From the NCBI GenBank assembly GCA_040954595.2, contig CM082578.2:16538998-16602997 (forward strand): a stretch of 64,000 bases of DNA. The letters run 5' to 3'. The stretch comes from Balanoglossus misakiensis (lineage: Eukaryota; Animalia; Hemichordata). The notes under the pieces were generated by a model, which was not told the DNA's origin, did not search any database, and worked only from the letters and a program-made list of their open reading frames with translations. This document shows, one piece after another, positions 48,822 through 61,020 of the stretch. Made by a program: the position numbers and the translations under genes. Numbering within the stretch: position 1 is the first letter of the stretch; each line of letters starts with the position of its first letter.

Positions 48822-51800
48822 CTGTTTTTGTATAGTCTACGCACAGTCAGATTTGCCGCTAAATCCTGCATGCATGCCACCCAATTTAGACCAAGCATTT
48901 CCTAAATTACGATACTTAATTCACATAAATGACACAGTATAATTTTACTGTCATTTATGTTCAGACATTAAGTGGCGTAGGCGGAATACGAAATCAGGGC
49001 CAACGCTCGCGAGGATGCCGTCGGCTGTCTAACTTCAAGGGTTGTAAGCGCACGTGTCACGTGACAAGAATGGCGAACAACGCTGGACCATCAATGGTTT
49101 CCTACACTACACTCGACAAGGTAGCGCTAACACCAGCATTCTGTCGTCTGTAATCGTTATTAATGCACTTTAGGGAGAGTTTAATGCCGTCCATTAAAGT
49201 CGATATGGGTCTGCTTAATTGACTTACTATCCCAGAGTGACGAAAGCCCCCAAAGTATACCTTCAAGGTTGGCCAATATATATCTTAGAAAGATGGTCAT
49301 CGCAAAAGGTAAACTACCAAATTGAAAGTCCCAGAGTGGCTGTACGATCGGACATTGCATTCCCGAAGGTGGGAGGTCGCTGTAAAAAGTCTGTTACACC
49401 ATATTTTGCCCGAACAGGCCGTTGCCTGAAGCACTCTTCAGGTTTATGACACAACGATTGCATTTGAGTTTCAAAAGAATGTGGTCATCAGTCGTCTACT
49501 AAAACTACGTGTTTACTTCACTGTTACGTTCTTCTCGCAACGGCGATGCCCATGGAACAATACTGTTAATTGATGCCTGTAGGTGGCAGTATTTATTCGA
49601 CTCACTATCACTTTCAGTTCGTTTGAGAGCATTTGCTTTTATAAGATTGTCTATTTTCGTTAATTGCTGAATTGTGGACAGTACAAACAGGATTGGGGAG
49701 CTTTGTCTTGTTCACTTGCGCGTCCCCAAGGCACTCATGGCAGAAACATTTGCATTCGTGTCACCTGTGTTCAGTGGCTGCAATTCAGAGATACTCACCT
49801 CGCCCGGCAGAAGACAGTGATATTCCCGTCTAGTCGTACAAAAAACTAATCACTCTGGTCGAGAACGTTTTAACTATTTATTGCATTCAGATTTTATTGG
49901 AAGCAGGAGTCTCACTATTCCCATCAACAAGAAAACAAGTAAAGGTAGCTGGATGTTTGTCGCTCAGGGCTAACGTTTAGGGGCATCGGTGTTATTGAAG
50001 AAATATCTGCGACGGCTGTTCTAACAGAATCATCCGCCATCTGTTTCAACACGCACTCCTTCATGTAGACACCACAACTTTCCAGCTTTAAACTTTTACT
50101 TTATTTCTGATAACAGGGATATTCCCAGGTGGCTCGAGATCCGCCAACAAAAGCCGTCTGACAAGTACTCAAAAGGTCATCAAGCTCTGATCGCAAGGAT
50201 GTTCGTGCGACTGACACTCCCCGTGAAGACAGTTTTCAAAGCCCATATTTGAATAGCTGATTTGAATATCCCACAGCTGCTGTATCTAACTGACTGACAT
50301 GTGCTTTTCAACTCGAAGATTGCGGTTGAAGAATGGTGTGGACGAACAAAGAGCGCAAGAGAAGCTCAATATTTCTGTTAGTTTATTTGAAAGAAGAATG
50401 AGCAAGCTAGCAATGCCAAAAAGTGGATTTCATATGACATATACGAAGCGTCTAGATCATATACTTGAATTGACTTCCTAATATTCTCTGGTTAAGGCGT
50501 ACTAGCGTCATAAAATCTGTAATAAAAAATCTGACACTCGTGTAAAGTAAAGTGACACACACATTTCACAATATAGCACACTAAAATTTTTGAGTTCAAA
50601 ATTGACTTCATCTTCGGATAATTTCCACAGCTTTGCCGACGAAACTTTACAGCTATACCAGTGTCAAGGATGAAGGGATCGTTTCTCTGACAACCATTAG
50701 CAATAAAACAGAAGTCCCTGACAGGTTCTTGTAAATAACGACATTGCACACTTAAAAACCCACAGCATAATGCATTTAGAAAAACGTGATGGAAATTCCA
50801 AAATGACGCCTCGGGTTGACGTTCTTTTCTGTTTTCCCGCAATTTTTCTGAGTCGTGCGTGTTTATCTCAAAACGGAGCATTTTCTCTCAGACAAAATGT
50901 GTCATGGTTGTTTGAATAGCTTGCAAAGAAAGTTATTCGTCCATGGACCGGTAACGCTGGCGAGACGAAACCCCAATTCCACGATATAAAAACAGTCTCT
51001 TCAGCAATTTCCCTTTTACGATAACGTAATAGTTGTGATCTATGGCCATTTACAGCCGCGACTAAGACGACGATTATTTTTTTTCGCAGGATGTGCTGCG
51101 CTGAAAATGAAAAAAGCTCTACACAAATCAATCGAGGCAACCGTTCTCCGCCACGTGTGATTTATAGATTTACAGCCTACGTTTTTTCATAACGATGTTA
51201 ATTTAAACCTGCAACTATTGAAAAACACTTTTGCGATAAAACTCCTATCAAATTTCGACTGTCATCCACCGTCTTAACGCCATTGTCCGCCCTTTCTTCG
51301 ATACAGACAAAAGCAAATCGTGCTTTGAGAGGGATCTGCCTCGTTTCATCTCCAAAAAGAATTCAAATCTACCTCGTTATAGCACTAATTGCATCTGCCA
51401 AGCTTTCATTACAGCGAAAATTTTCTCTCAAAAGCTTTGCCTACTTACAGACACAATTACACCTCAAACATTGTACACAGGTAGAGAATTCACTGGAAAG
51501 GACATATTAATTTACTCTTTTCTATCCACACACACACACACACACAAGACTTATACTCGTCAGGTATTTTGATGATATGCGTGTGTGCCATTTAAAATAT
51601 ATCGACGACAAGGTTCGGAGTTGACATCACATTCATTACTTTACAAATGTTTCTCCGAAAAGCTCCTGTGCCATTTTTCTTGTACTCAGTCGTCCACCTA
51701 CAATAGGGGGAAAAACATAACAAGTGCAAAGAAATGACATCTCAGCTTCTATCTTCTATATTCTGTTCTATATAAAAACCTCAGTCTAATTTTTGTTTCC

Positions 51801-54181
51801 CTGGGAATCATACTTTGTGATATTCAAACTTCATGTCGACACGAAATATCATATGAAGTAGTATATTTATTTATTCAAATACAATAACAAATTCGGTAAA
51901 CATGGTCATAATATTTTGTCACAAGTTCAAGTAATATTTAATATTGTTAATTTTTTTCTCGTTTACACACGTGTTACATTTAAAAGTGTGAACGTCATTT
52001 CCATTACACTCCTCGTCTACTCCGAGCGATTTCGTCAGGTTGACCTGAACAGTCTACCTAATCATACTGCTTGAACTCCCGCTGGCCAACTTTGACATCT
52101 CGTAGGCTAACGGGGTCAAAATGCGGCCATTTTGTTTGGCTGCCGGTCCCAATAAACCCCGGATGTGCTGTGCCAGTTCACAGCTAGCGCAACCAGAGGT
52201 GGTAGGAGTGTCTATCGTTAGCAGAGACGCTATAGAGTGTTGTAAATAGTGCAAAAAGGAGCCCTTATTCGAAGTGCACGCCTACTGTTCGTCGTGTCAA
52301 CATTTAGAATCAACCGACAAGAAGAAAGGAGATCTGAAAGAGTTCAGAGGCAAACACAAAGACGTGAAGTACTTATACCTGTACACGCTATAGATAAGTA
52401 ATGATAAGAAATTATTGGTTTGATAAATGTTTGATATAAATTAGAGCATAAGAGTCATAATAATTACTATGTGTAATATACAATATACTTCTTGTGTACT
52501 CATGGTTAGAAACTATATATTTACAAAATGCATGTAGCAACGTCGAGATACCTGGGTAGGCTGTGACTTTTCCGGGAACACTCGAGTGAGGTCACATATG
52601 GTGTGACGTGAAATTATCGTGTAGCTATATTTGAGTAGACACGCCAAAATGCGTATTTTATTTCCATACCCCAGAAAATTAATAGACTTCAGTGCGCAAA
52701 TGACAATTTAATTTCAAGCTTCACTGGTTAACACAATAAACGTTAATTTTTTTTAGTTATATTTACTGATCATTTCTGGAATGGCCCCGTTCACTATTTT
52801 ACATCCTTTTCTCGCTTTGACATCGCTGATAAATCATACATTGACATCGCTTCGTTTTGATAACGTTTCTGTACATGTCTAAATTTTTGCACATGATTCC
52901 GGAGACACTTACATGCAGCGGTTTCATAAACAGAGACCAAATGCAGACGTCTCATCAATCAATATGTCTGCAGATAGAGGTACTGTGCGACCGATATGAA
53001 ACATTTTGCTGGGAAACGGCAGAATTTTGACTTGTTTCGCCTGCTATGTTAACACGCGTCTTATCTAAATGTCTTTATTGGGACGTATTTCGAATGGGAA
53101 TGTTCCTGTTTTGGCATTTCCCCCCAGGGTACGACGATATCGTCCCCCGCGACCTTGAAATCACCATCCCCATCGTTGTTTGGAAATAACGATTGGTTGG
53201 CCGAATTAAACGGTGTGTTTCTGGGCAGTGGTTTCGAATGACAACGTTTCGTAAATTGATGAACACCAATTTGTAATTCATCGGTTGGTACTGTGAAAGG
53301 AGACTCGTTTATAAACTATTCCTGTATAATAGTTTGGGTTTCGCTAGAGTTGTCAGCAGGCGTTCTGCGTTGAATCTTCCTGAGTTGTGGTGTCGCATTG
53401 ACTTTTTTTGCGATGTATTTGTATTTTTTTTTCATGAGGCAGAGAAAGTGCCAACCGTCAACCATTACTTTTGAATCATAGGGTGCGATAATTCACATGA
53501 ATTTGACAGAGACATGCACAGGTGGGCTGTCGAAAGGTTGCCGCAGTTACCTTGGAAACGATGACGGTATAGGCGGTAACCGTGACGCTCTCCATAGCAA
53601 TGATGATGTCAGGAGGAGCGTGATCTATAACATGATGCAGATTAAGATTAGGATTCACTATCAATCGATTAGTGCTAAAATTTCCCATACTAGTATCAGA
53701 TAAGTGAACGGGTATTATCCGCCTTCTTGTCTTCGTAGTGTTATGCCTGTGAGGCGTGAAACGTTATCTCTGTTGAGGAAAGAAAGAATTAAACCTCAGT
53801 CTGTCATAAAGATGCAAGAAATTGGTTGCCCTGTTACCGAGTGTTTTATGCTAGTGCTAATTGGAATGTCAAAACACACTCGACTTTCTATTGGAATGGT
53901 TTCAGTGTCTTTCCACACTCTGATTTCCGTGACCTCTTCCCCCTAGGGTTCAACACCTGCCGCTTTCTAAATCGAACGCTGTATCCAAATCCCAATCGAC
54001 CAATCAGGCAGCGTGTAAGCAAACCTGAAATGAGTGCAAGGAGCCAGCGTCATGTTGCCTCTTTTTGATTGGTAGTTCTAAATTTCGTCGGACCAATCAC
54101 GATGGCGAGGAGTTCAGCAAACAGAAATAGAAATTCACAAAGCACGATTTACAGTTACTGTTCAGACTGGTGCACGTTGAA

Positions 54182-55261
54182 CTAGAGTTTCGGGGAGCCG
54201 TTGAAAATGGCCGACCTCTCGGCATACGTTGACATGGTAATGCTGACATTGCACGAGTTCAGAGGTGAGCGATCTGGGGCGTTCGACAGGCGCCGAATTT
54301 TTCGTCTCCGCGAGCAGAAAACCTTTTGGAACGCCGCCCTGTGGTTCTTGCTGCCGATGTTGTACAGTATTGGGTTCAGGGTGAAATGCAAAGTTATCAT
54401 CAGCTTGGCGACGTACGACAAGCAGAAGAGTCTGTTCATCGGTATCGGGGAGTTGCCTATTATCCTGGAGAGCGTGACCACGATGTACACCGACGCCAGA
54501 GGCGACGCGCTGACCAGGAAGACGGCGGTGATGGCGACGCACAGCAGCAAGACGTGGATCTCCTCCGAGAAGCGTGACCCTGTCGGTGCCCCGGCGGGGG
54601 TGTAGCGCGGCGACTTCATCATCATTTTCTTGGCGATGAGCGCGTACGCTGTCAGAACGATGACGATTGATGCTGTGATGCAGATGAAGAGGACGATCAA
54701 GAGCACCAGGAAAAGCGTGTCACGCGCGCTGCTCTTGTAGCACAGTGCGTCGAAAATGGCGATGGAGACACCCACTCCCCAGACAAACACCGTGGAGACC
54801 AGGACCCGCGACGTGCTCTGCAGTCTCAGACGTTCCGCTTTGAATGGGTAGCAGATGGCGATGTAGCGGTTGAGGCTTATCAGCGCCACCGTCAGCATGG
54901 ATACACAAAATGCGACGTCGGTCAGAGAGTGGCCCACGTCTTGGTGGAACTTCAGCAAACATTTAATCTCAAATCTCTCCGCTATCAAATACACCATCGA
55001 GTACATCATAAATATCGTGTCTGCCACCGACAGGTTTATGAAGAAGAAATTGGGAACTGTCCTCATCGTTCGCAATTTAATGACGACTATCAGGAAAGCG
55101 ATGTTTCCCACGAGGGCGATGGAACAAGCGATGGCGTACAGGATGAACATGAGATTTTTATCCTGGAACGGACAGCCCGGGCGCGGCGGGTAAATCAACG
55201 AGTCGTTCCAAGACACATTGGTCGGCTGTGACGTCAGTTCCGGTGTCGCCGAAGTGGTCAT
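54182..55261 (-). CDS. Class A (rhodopsin-like) GPCR, orphan peptide-receptor-like, 359 aa, single coding exon
   Basis: Seven hydrophobic segments. TM1 GN, ICL1/TM2 MRTVPNFFFINLSVAD, TM3 SLNRYIAICYP, TM4 W, TM7 NPILY, helix 8 HRAAFQKVFC. A splice acceptor (tttcttacag) at 55284, 22 nt upstream of ATG 55261, puts the longer ORF start at 55345 in an intron. N-glycosylation sequons NVS and NDS in the N-terminus. Confidence 0.92.
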   Translation of the reverse strand: MTTSATPELTSQPTNVSWNDSLIYPPRPGCPFQDKNLMFILYAIACSIALVGNIAFLIVVIKLRTMRTVPNFFFINLSVADTIFMMYSMVYLIAERFEIKCLLKFHQDVGHSLTDVAFCVSMLTVALISLNRYIAICYPFKAERLRLQSTSRVLVSTVFVWGVGVSIAIFDALCYKSSARDTLFLVLLIVLFICITASIVIVLTAYALIAKKMMMKSPRYTPAGAPTGSRFSEEIHVLLLCVAITAVFLVSASPLASVYIVVTLSRIIGNSPIPMNRLFCLSYVAKLMITLHFTLNPILYNIGSKNHRAAFQKVFCSRRRKIRRLSNAPDRSPLNSCNVSITMSTYAERSAIFNGSPKL

Positions 55262-58200
55262 TCTCGCAGACGTTTGACACAACCTGTAAGAAAGCAGACA
55301 GTGATTATAAATGAAGATTTGTGAGAAAACAGCACCCGGAGACATCTCAGTATCTGTTCAGAAAAAAAATATGCCAGTGGTGTGGGTTTACTAATGAACG
55401 ATTATACAAAGTTGCTCATGCAAAATGTTGACATCAAACGATTCACGCAGGCGTGGAAGGATCAAGAACTGCCCAGAGATATTGTTGTTTAACAACTTGG
55501 TCTTTCCTCAAAGCACGGAAAAATACATTAACGGAACCCGAGCCTGTCATTTCCTAGAAAAACATGACAGTTACGCGAAGTGATTCCCTCTGGGAGATCG
55601 AAAATGGGGATGAGTATAGGCCTACTTGTAGCTTAGACACTCAGAAAGAAATGAAACAAGCTTTTCATGCAGAAGCGAAGGATATTAATGTATTCGCCAC
55701 CATACATATTCCGACCAAAGTACGCGAAATGTTCCAGACAAAACACTATAGAGTCATTCATTGTACATTGTTGGTTTCATTAATCTCCTGCTGCCGCTCC
55801 ATTGGTCAGAAGTGGTGCAAATGTTTACTTTGAACGAGCCGATATAAACGCCCCGGAGTAAATAAACACCAAACCCACTCACACAAAGGTTTGTCTCTCT
55901 GTCTGTGACGCAAACCGTCCCCTGACGTCGTCTTGAGAATATACTTCTAGTCTCTAGGGTTTCGCCAACCCCAGACAATCAACAACTTTGGTTGTCTTCT
56001 ATGTAGGAGGACTTTTGGAGATGATGATGTACATTTACGTACACTTTCAAGTATAGTCTCAATACACCCATTCGACTAACTAGAAGTCAAATACCAGGTG
56101 CGAACGAACAGCGCGCGCGGATGCACAGAACACACTAAAATAATCCCTGAGTCTTTCTTGTTGCCTTCGCTTACCAGGGTATGGGAAAATTCACTTAAAC
56201 TGCTAATACGCTCAATCCCCGGGGTACAGGTGTCACGATGATGTATTACTCCGCTGACATTCTATTGCATGCGTACAGCAATTACATGTATACCTTTGTA
56301 CGTGTGCACAGAAGTATCTCATCAATTAACTGCTCATAAGTGATAGGGAATTTCAGTTTACGTCATCTTATTCAAGGATTTGTTGGATGACAAACAAAAT
56401 GGTTTAGTCTCACCGCAACAACAGTCTTTTTAAACCCGTTAAAACGTCCCTCGAATAATTGAGAAAAACTGCATCGTTTCTATTTTGTTCACAGTCAATA
56501 ATGAATGTTTGCAAAACAGTTGGTTACACCACGGACCTACCAAACCCTGAAAGATCCGAAGTCATTAATCATTCAAGAAGATCGATTAACTCAGCATGTG
56601 TATGGTTCAAACCGTTCCCAGCATGTCAATAGGTACTAGCATGAACTTAACTTGATCATTAAAAAATCGTTTGCCATTCCACGTTAACCATGGCAGTCGT
56701 CAGCCGTTCGCGAGGGACCGTATACCGACCTTAAAATGAAATGATGCCGGATAATTAACAAAGTGATGCGAAGACGACCCGCATACTTAATCGTTGGCTC
56801 GGTTTAGCTCTTCGCAACGACGGCCGAAGAGTGCGTCGCGACCGAGAGTCTAGCTGTCACTCCATCCGTATCTTTAATCCTCTTCTCGCTACAATTATGT
56901 CACTTTAGCGAGGTACTTTGGTCGTCCTTTACTTCCCTTCGAATACGCCGTTACTTAGACACTTCAAAGACCCTCACTACGCTTCGCTCTGCACGAATTC
57001 AGCGCGGCGTTCAACCTGAGCGTGTCTATCCAAGGTCTACTCCAATATCATCTGCCACCGTCAGTTGGTATCGCAACGCCGTTGTGATCAAGGTTCTTCA
57101 ATTCATACCTCAATGTTTCGCTCAAAAAAGTGGCATAGAACTTACCCTTTTTACAGTTCCTCGGGAAAAAAGAACAGCCCTTCAGCAGACAATACTCTGT
57201 CCGCGCGAACAAGCCAAGCTGTACACAGCTACCAATGATGAAAGGAAGACTCTACCGTCAACTCATCACCACAATGCAGACAAAACACACGATTCTTTGC
57301 GCATGACAATGAGACTGTACTCTTTTAAGCTCTATCGACCAAATTGAGACCGCTGAATCCTTTCATCGACGTTCGACGTTTTGACACGCAATTGAGTCCG
57401 TGTTTGCCAACACCGCAAAGCCAAAAGTTATTCACGTCACGACCCCCATGCCTGTCGACTGAGCATGCGGCGTATTTGCAATGCATGCCGCGCAGACTAA
57501 CGTTGCCGTGTTTGTACAATACCGCCACCTAGCGTTTCGTGTCGCTGTTGTGAAGAATGTTATCGTTGGAATGATCTATAATATACTTTGTTGATAAAAT
57601 ATGAGTAGTCCTACTTGTTTTCTGTGAAGTCGTCTTCGTATTTGGATGACCGCAGGTCAGTCGGACTAGAATGATAATTGCGGACGACAACATTCACTCA
57701 AGAACGTCACGACATGAATTCTACGTACATCAAATCAAAATACTGCCTTTACTTGGATAAAAAGCAGACTATTTAGGTATTCCTATATTTAGGCATATTG
57801 AACTTTCGACAGAATTCTTAAAAGTGATTATTGAGCTGTTTGCCACACATAGCCGTTGGCATAAACAGAAGTTTAGAAAACATATCTTTGAAAACTGAAA
57901 CTCGGGTCATCTCTAGTCAGACATGTTCACTAACGATACGTTGACATAAACGAGAAGTTGGAATAAGGAACGTTGGCATGGTTACTGAAGAAAAGAAATA
58001 AATCGAGGCAGATAAGTGAGCTATGATCTGACCGTTCGAGTCTCGATTCGGTGCCGCAGTGGCGTGGTTGTTAAACACTTCGCTGTTATCATGATAGATA
58101 CACCGGTGATCCGACGACGATAGATGTACCTTTTTACTTTTAGCGCGTACACGACAACTAATCATAGAAAACACCTGCAGGTGACCGTAAATTCATTTGT

Positions 58201-60718
58201 TTAAGCTGTCACTAAACGAAGCACTTGACTTGGAGTCAATCAAATATCCCCCTTTCTACATGTGGTATTTAAGGTGTGAAGCGTCAGGGCTGGGTCGATA
58301 CCTGATAATTGGCCAGCGCAAATACACCGTCCGTCATAAATGTGTGGCACACTTAGTCGCTCTCCATAAATGGAAAGCGTGGTCGAGTGGTTATTCTCTC
58401 TGCATATCAAGAGCTGGACAGTGCGCTATTTTACTTCGAATGGAGAGTGGAACTATCACACATGGAGAGGGTGGGCTGTTGTTAGTTTTCCAAAATGACT
58501 CCACCCAAGTTCCACCACGCCATGTATTTGGAGAACTTTCTAGTTCCCCCAGAAAAAAGTTGTTTTCTGTACGCATTCTGTTGTCGCATGCTATCATTCT
58601 GAACATGGCCGGGGGGGGGGGGGGGGGGGTGGATGGGTACAAGGTCGGTCCGTTTCTCTGTACAGTACACTGAAGAAATCGCGTGGGTGGTGATTGGAGC
58701 CCAAGCGAAAACACAGCAAAATTATAGTATAGTATTTCAAGAAATAACTGAAACGCTCATGGAAAAATCACGTGATATCGTGTGTAGTGAGACGCATGTG
58801 GTAATTATTTTTGGGGCAGGGACACATTGTTTTGCCGCCAGCTAAAACGATGTCGTGATATATGCGAGAAATGAATACTGAAATTTGTGAACTCCAAACT
58901 CTTGTAAATGCCTGTAATAGTCGGTTAGATGCTGCTGGGTGTCACGCTGCTGGAAAACAAAATTCAGGCAATCGGAGACATTTCTCCTCGTCACATTTTC
59001 TCGTATGCTGCTGCAATTTGAACTCAAGTCTGCATTCCATACACTGTTGCCCTGGAAACAGCACGCGACGCTCCGAAATATGCCACTTGGTAAAACAGCG
59101 CAGTAGGACCGAAAGTGGAAACTTCACAATGTAAATGTCATAGTAGCAGAGAGGCAATCTATTTAAAGCAGCTATTGGCAATGCTTCGGAGCATTCTCTA
59201 CCTCTTTAATATTCGCACTGGTATGGTATGGTAGGGAAGGCCCTGTTATTATATCCAGGGGGAGGGGAAGCTTTACTTATCGCGTATGCGTATATGTGTA
59301 CTTGCTATTCAGAAAAGAAATCATACTTATTTCACGTGTCAACTTAATCATTCAAAATAACCAACTGCGGCACTCCTTTCTTCTCCAGCCTACAGAAACG
59401 ATGAAGGACGCGAAATAACTACATGCATGAACAAACACGAGTCGAGTCAATTTACATACCCGAATTGAACACGGTTTGCAAATACACGCTGGAACAAACT
59501 GGATTTTTATTGTATGTAATGACATTCGAAAGTTCAATTGGCTATCGTTTTTCTTCGGGCGGGGGGAGGGGTGAAAGTATTTTTTTCAACAGACGTTATT
59601 TGACTAAAACCTTTTCCAATGCCAGGATGGATACGCATCGTTTAAGATAACCAGCGGCTTCAAAGTCTCCCTTTCCGTTCGACTGATCTTATAGGTGAAT
59701 GAGTCATGATGTCTTTCAATCTGTAGAAACTGTTTCACTGGAACGGTTTCTGCTTTTAAAGGCCCGAGTAAATGCAACTCTTGGCAATATTGCCCACGTG
59801 TCATTATTTTATCATTTAGCTTTGTGTTGTGCTTTTTCTAGTTCACCATGAATGCCTTGATATAGGTCATCCCGTGTGATCGCTTCTTTTTTGCCATCTG
59901 TCACGAGAAAAGAAAAGGTGCGTAATTCACGCCTGAAAAGGCTGGTAAGTGGCGTGTGTGGAGAGATGAACGCGTTGAAGTGTCTCCTCATCGCGCGTTA
60001 GAGTTGCTGCGTGTGTATGCGTGTCACAGGATTGTTGTGCGTATTGGTGACACACTAATGCACTTAACCGACCGCGCCTTTCTCTTTACACGGATGGTCC
60101 TGAAACCGAAGCATTCAATGTTCAGCATACGTGCGATATCTTTTAGAGAAAAAAACTCTCAAGGTCATAAATATCAATCCCATCCAATCTCACGGCCCTT
60201 CAGCTAGCTTGCCCTTCTTTACGTGCCCTAATTTCATACATTTTTGCTGTACAACTTTGTGCAACTAAACTCGACCAAGCAGTTGGACTCACGTAGCACG
60301 TGAATAGATATAATAGTAATATTTCTAAAGCGGAATGTGACAACTTCGCTAATGACAAAACTAAACCACAAAACAGTTAGTAAAGTGGTTAGTAAAGTAA
60401 GATCAGAACGCATTAGGCCCTATTGGTCGGCAACGACAAACCTTCTCGTATTTTTCGGGTAGTTTATTACTGAAGAAACCACAGGGGTATCACCTTCACA
60501 AACGTATCTAATTACAAGTACGCGTGAGAAAAATAGAAATATGATAATTATGACACGTGCCACTGTTCTCTGCTATTAAAGTACACTGACCTTGACTGGG
60601 ACATTACATATCACACGTAAAGAAGAAAAGTATATGATTCAGTTCATTTACAGTGCTTATATGTTTTTATTTGGATTCAGCTAGTTTCAACTTTTTGATT
60701 TGGTTTGAAGAGTATACT

Positions 60719-61020
60719 TCTAGCATCTACAGTCCCCCCAGGACCGTGGCGCCTATTTGCAGACGCAGGCTATTTCTATATAATTAGGCATAATTCCTTT
60801 TACTTACAATTAATGACGTGGCCAGGTAATGTCCTGGTTTAGTCCAAGACCGCCGAGTGTGCGGTACGAACGCTGGCAAACTGAGCCGAACGGGAAACAG
60901 ATACGTTCGACGCCACTAGTGTGTCGACGCCCCCCACCTCGTGCGAGACCCCATCGCCAGGCGACATTTTGTCGTCGGGCAGTGTGCCTGTGAACCCGAG
61001 GGGAAGTCTAGCATCTATAG
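60719..61020. mobile_element. Possible ~275-bp insertion flanked by a 14-bp near-perfect direct repeat
   Basis: TCTAGCATCTACAG (60719-60732) and TCTAGCATCTATAG (61007-61020) bracket a GC/CpG-rich segment. Confidence 0.4.

Noticed and set aside
58034-58042. GTTCGAGTC B-box-like motif
   Set aside because: No A-box or cloverleaf, so not a tRNA or tRNA-SINE on visible evidence.
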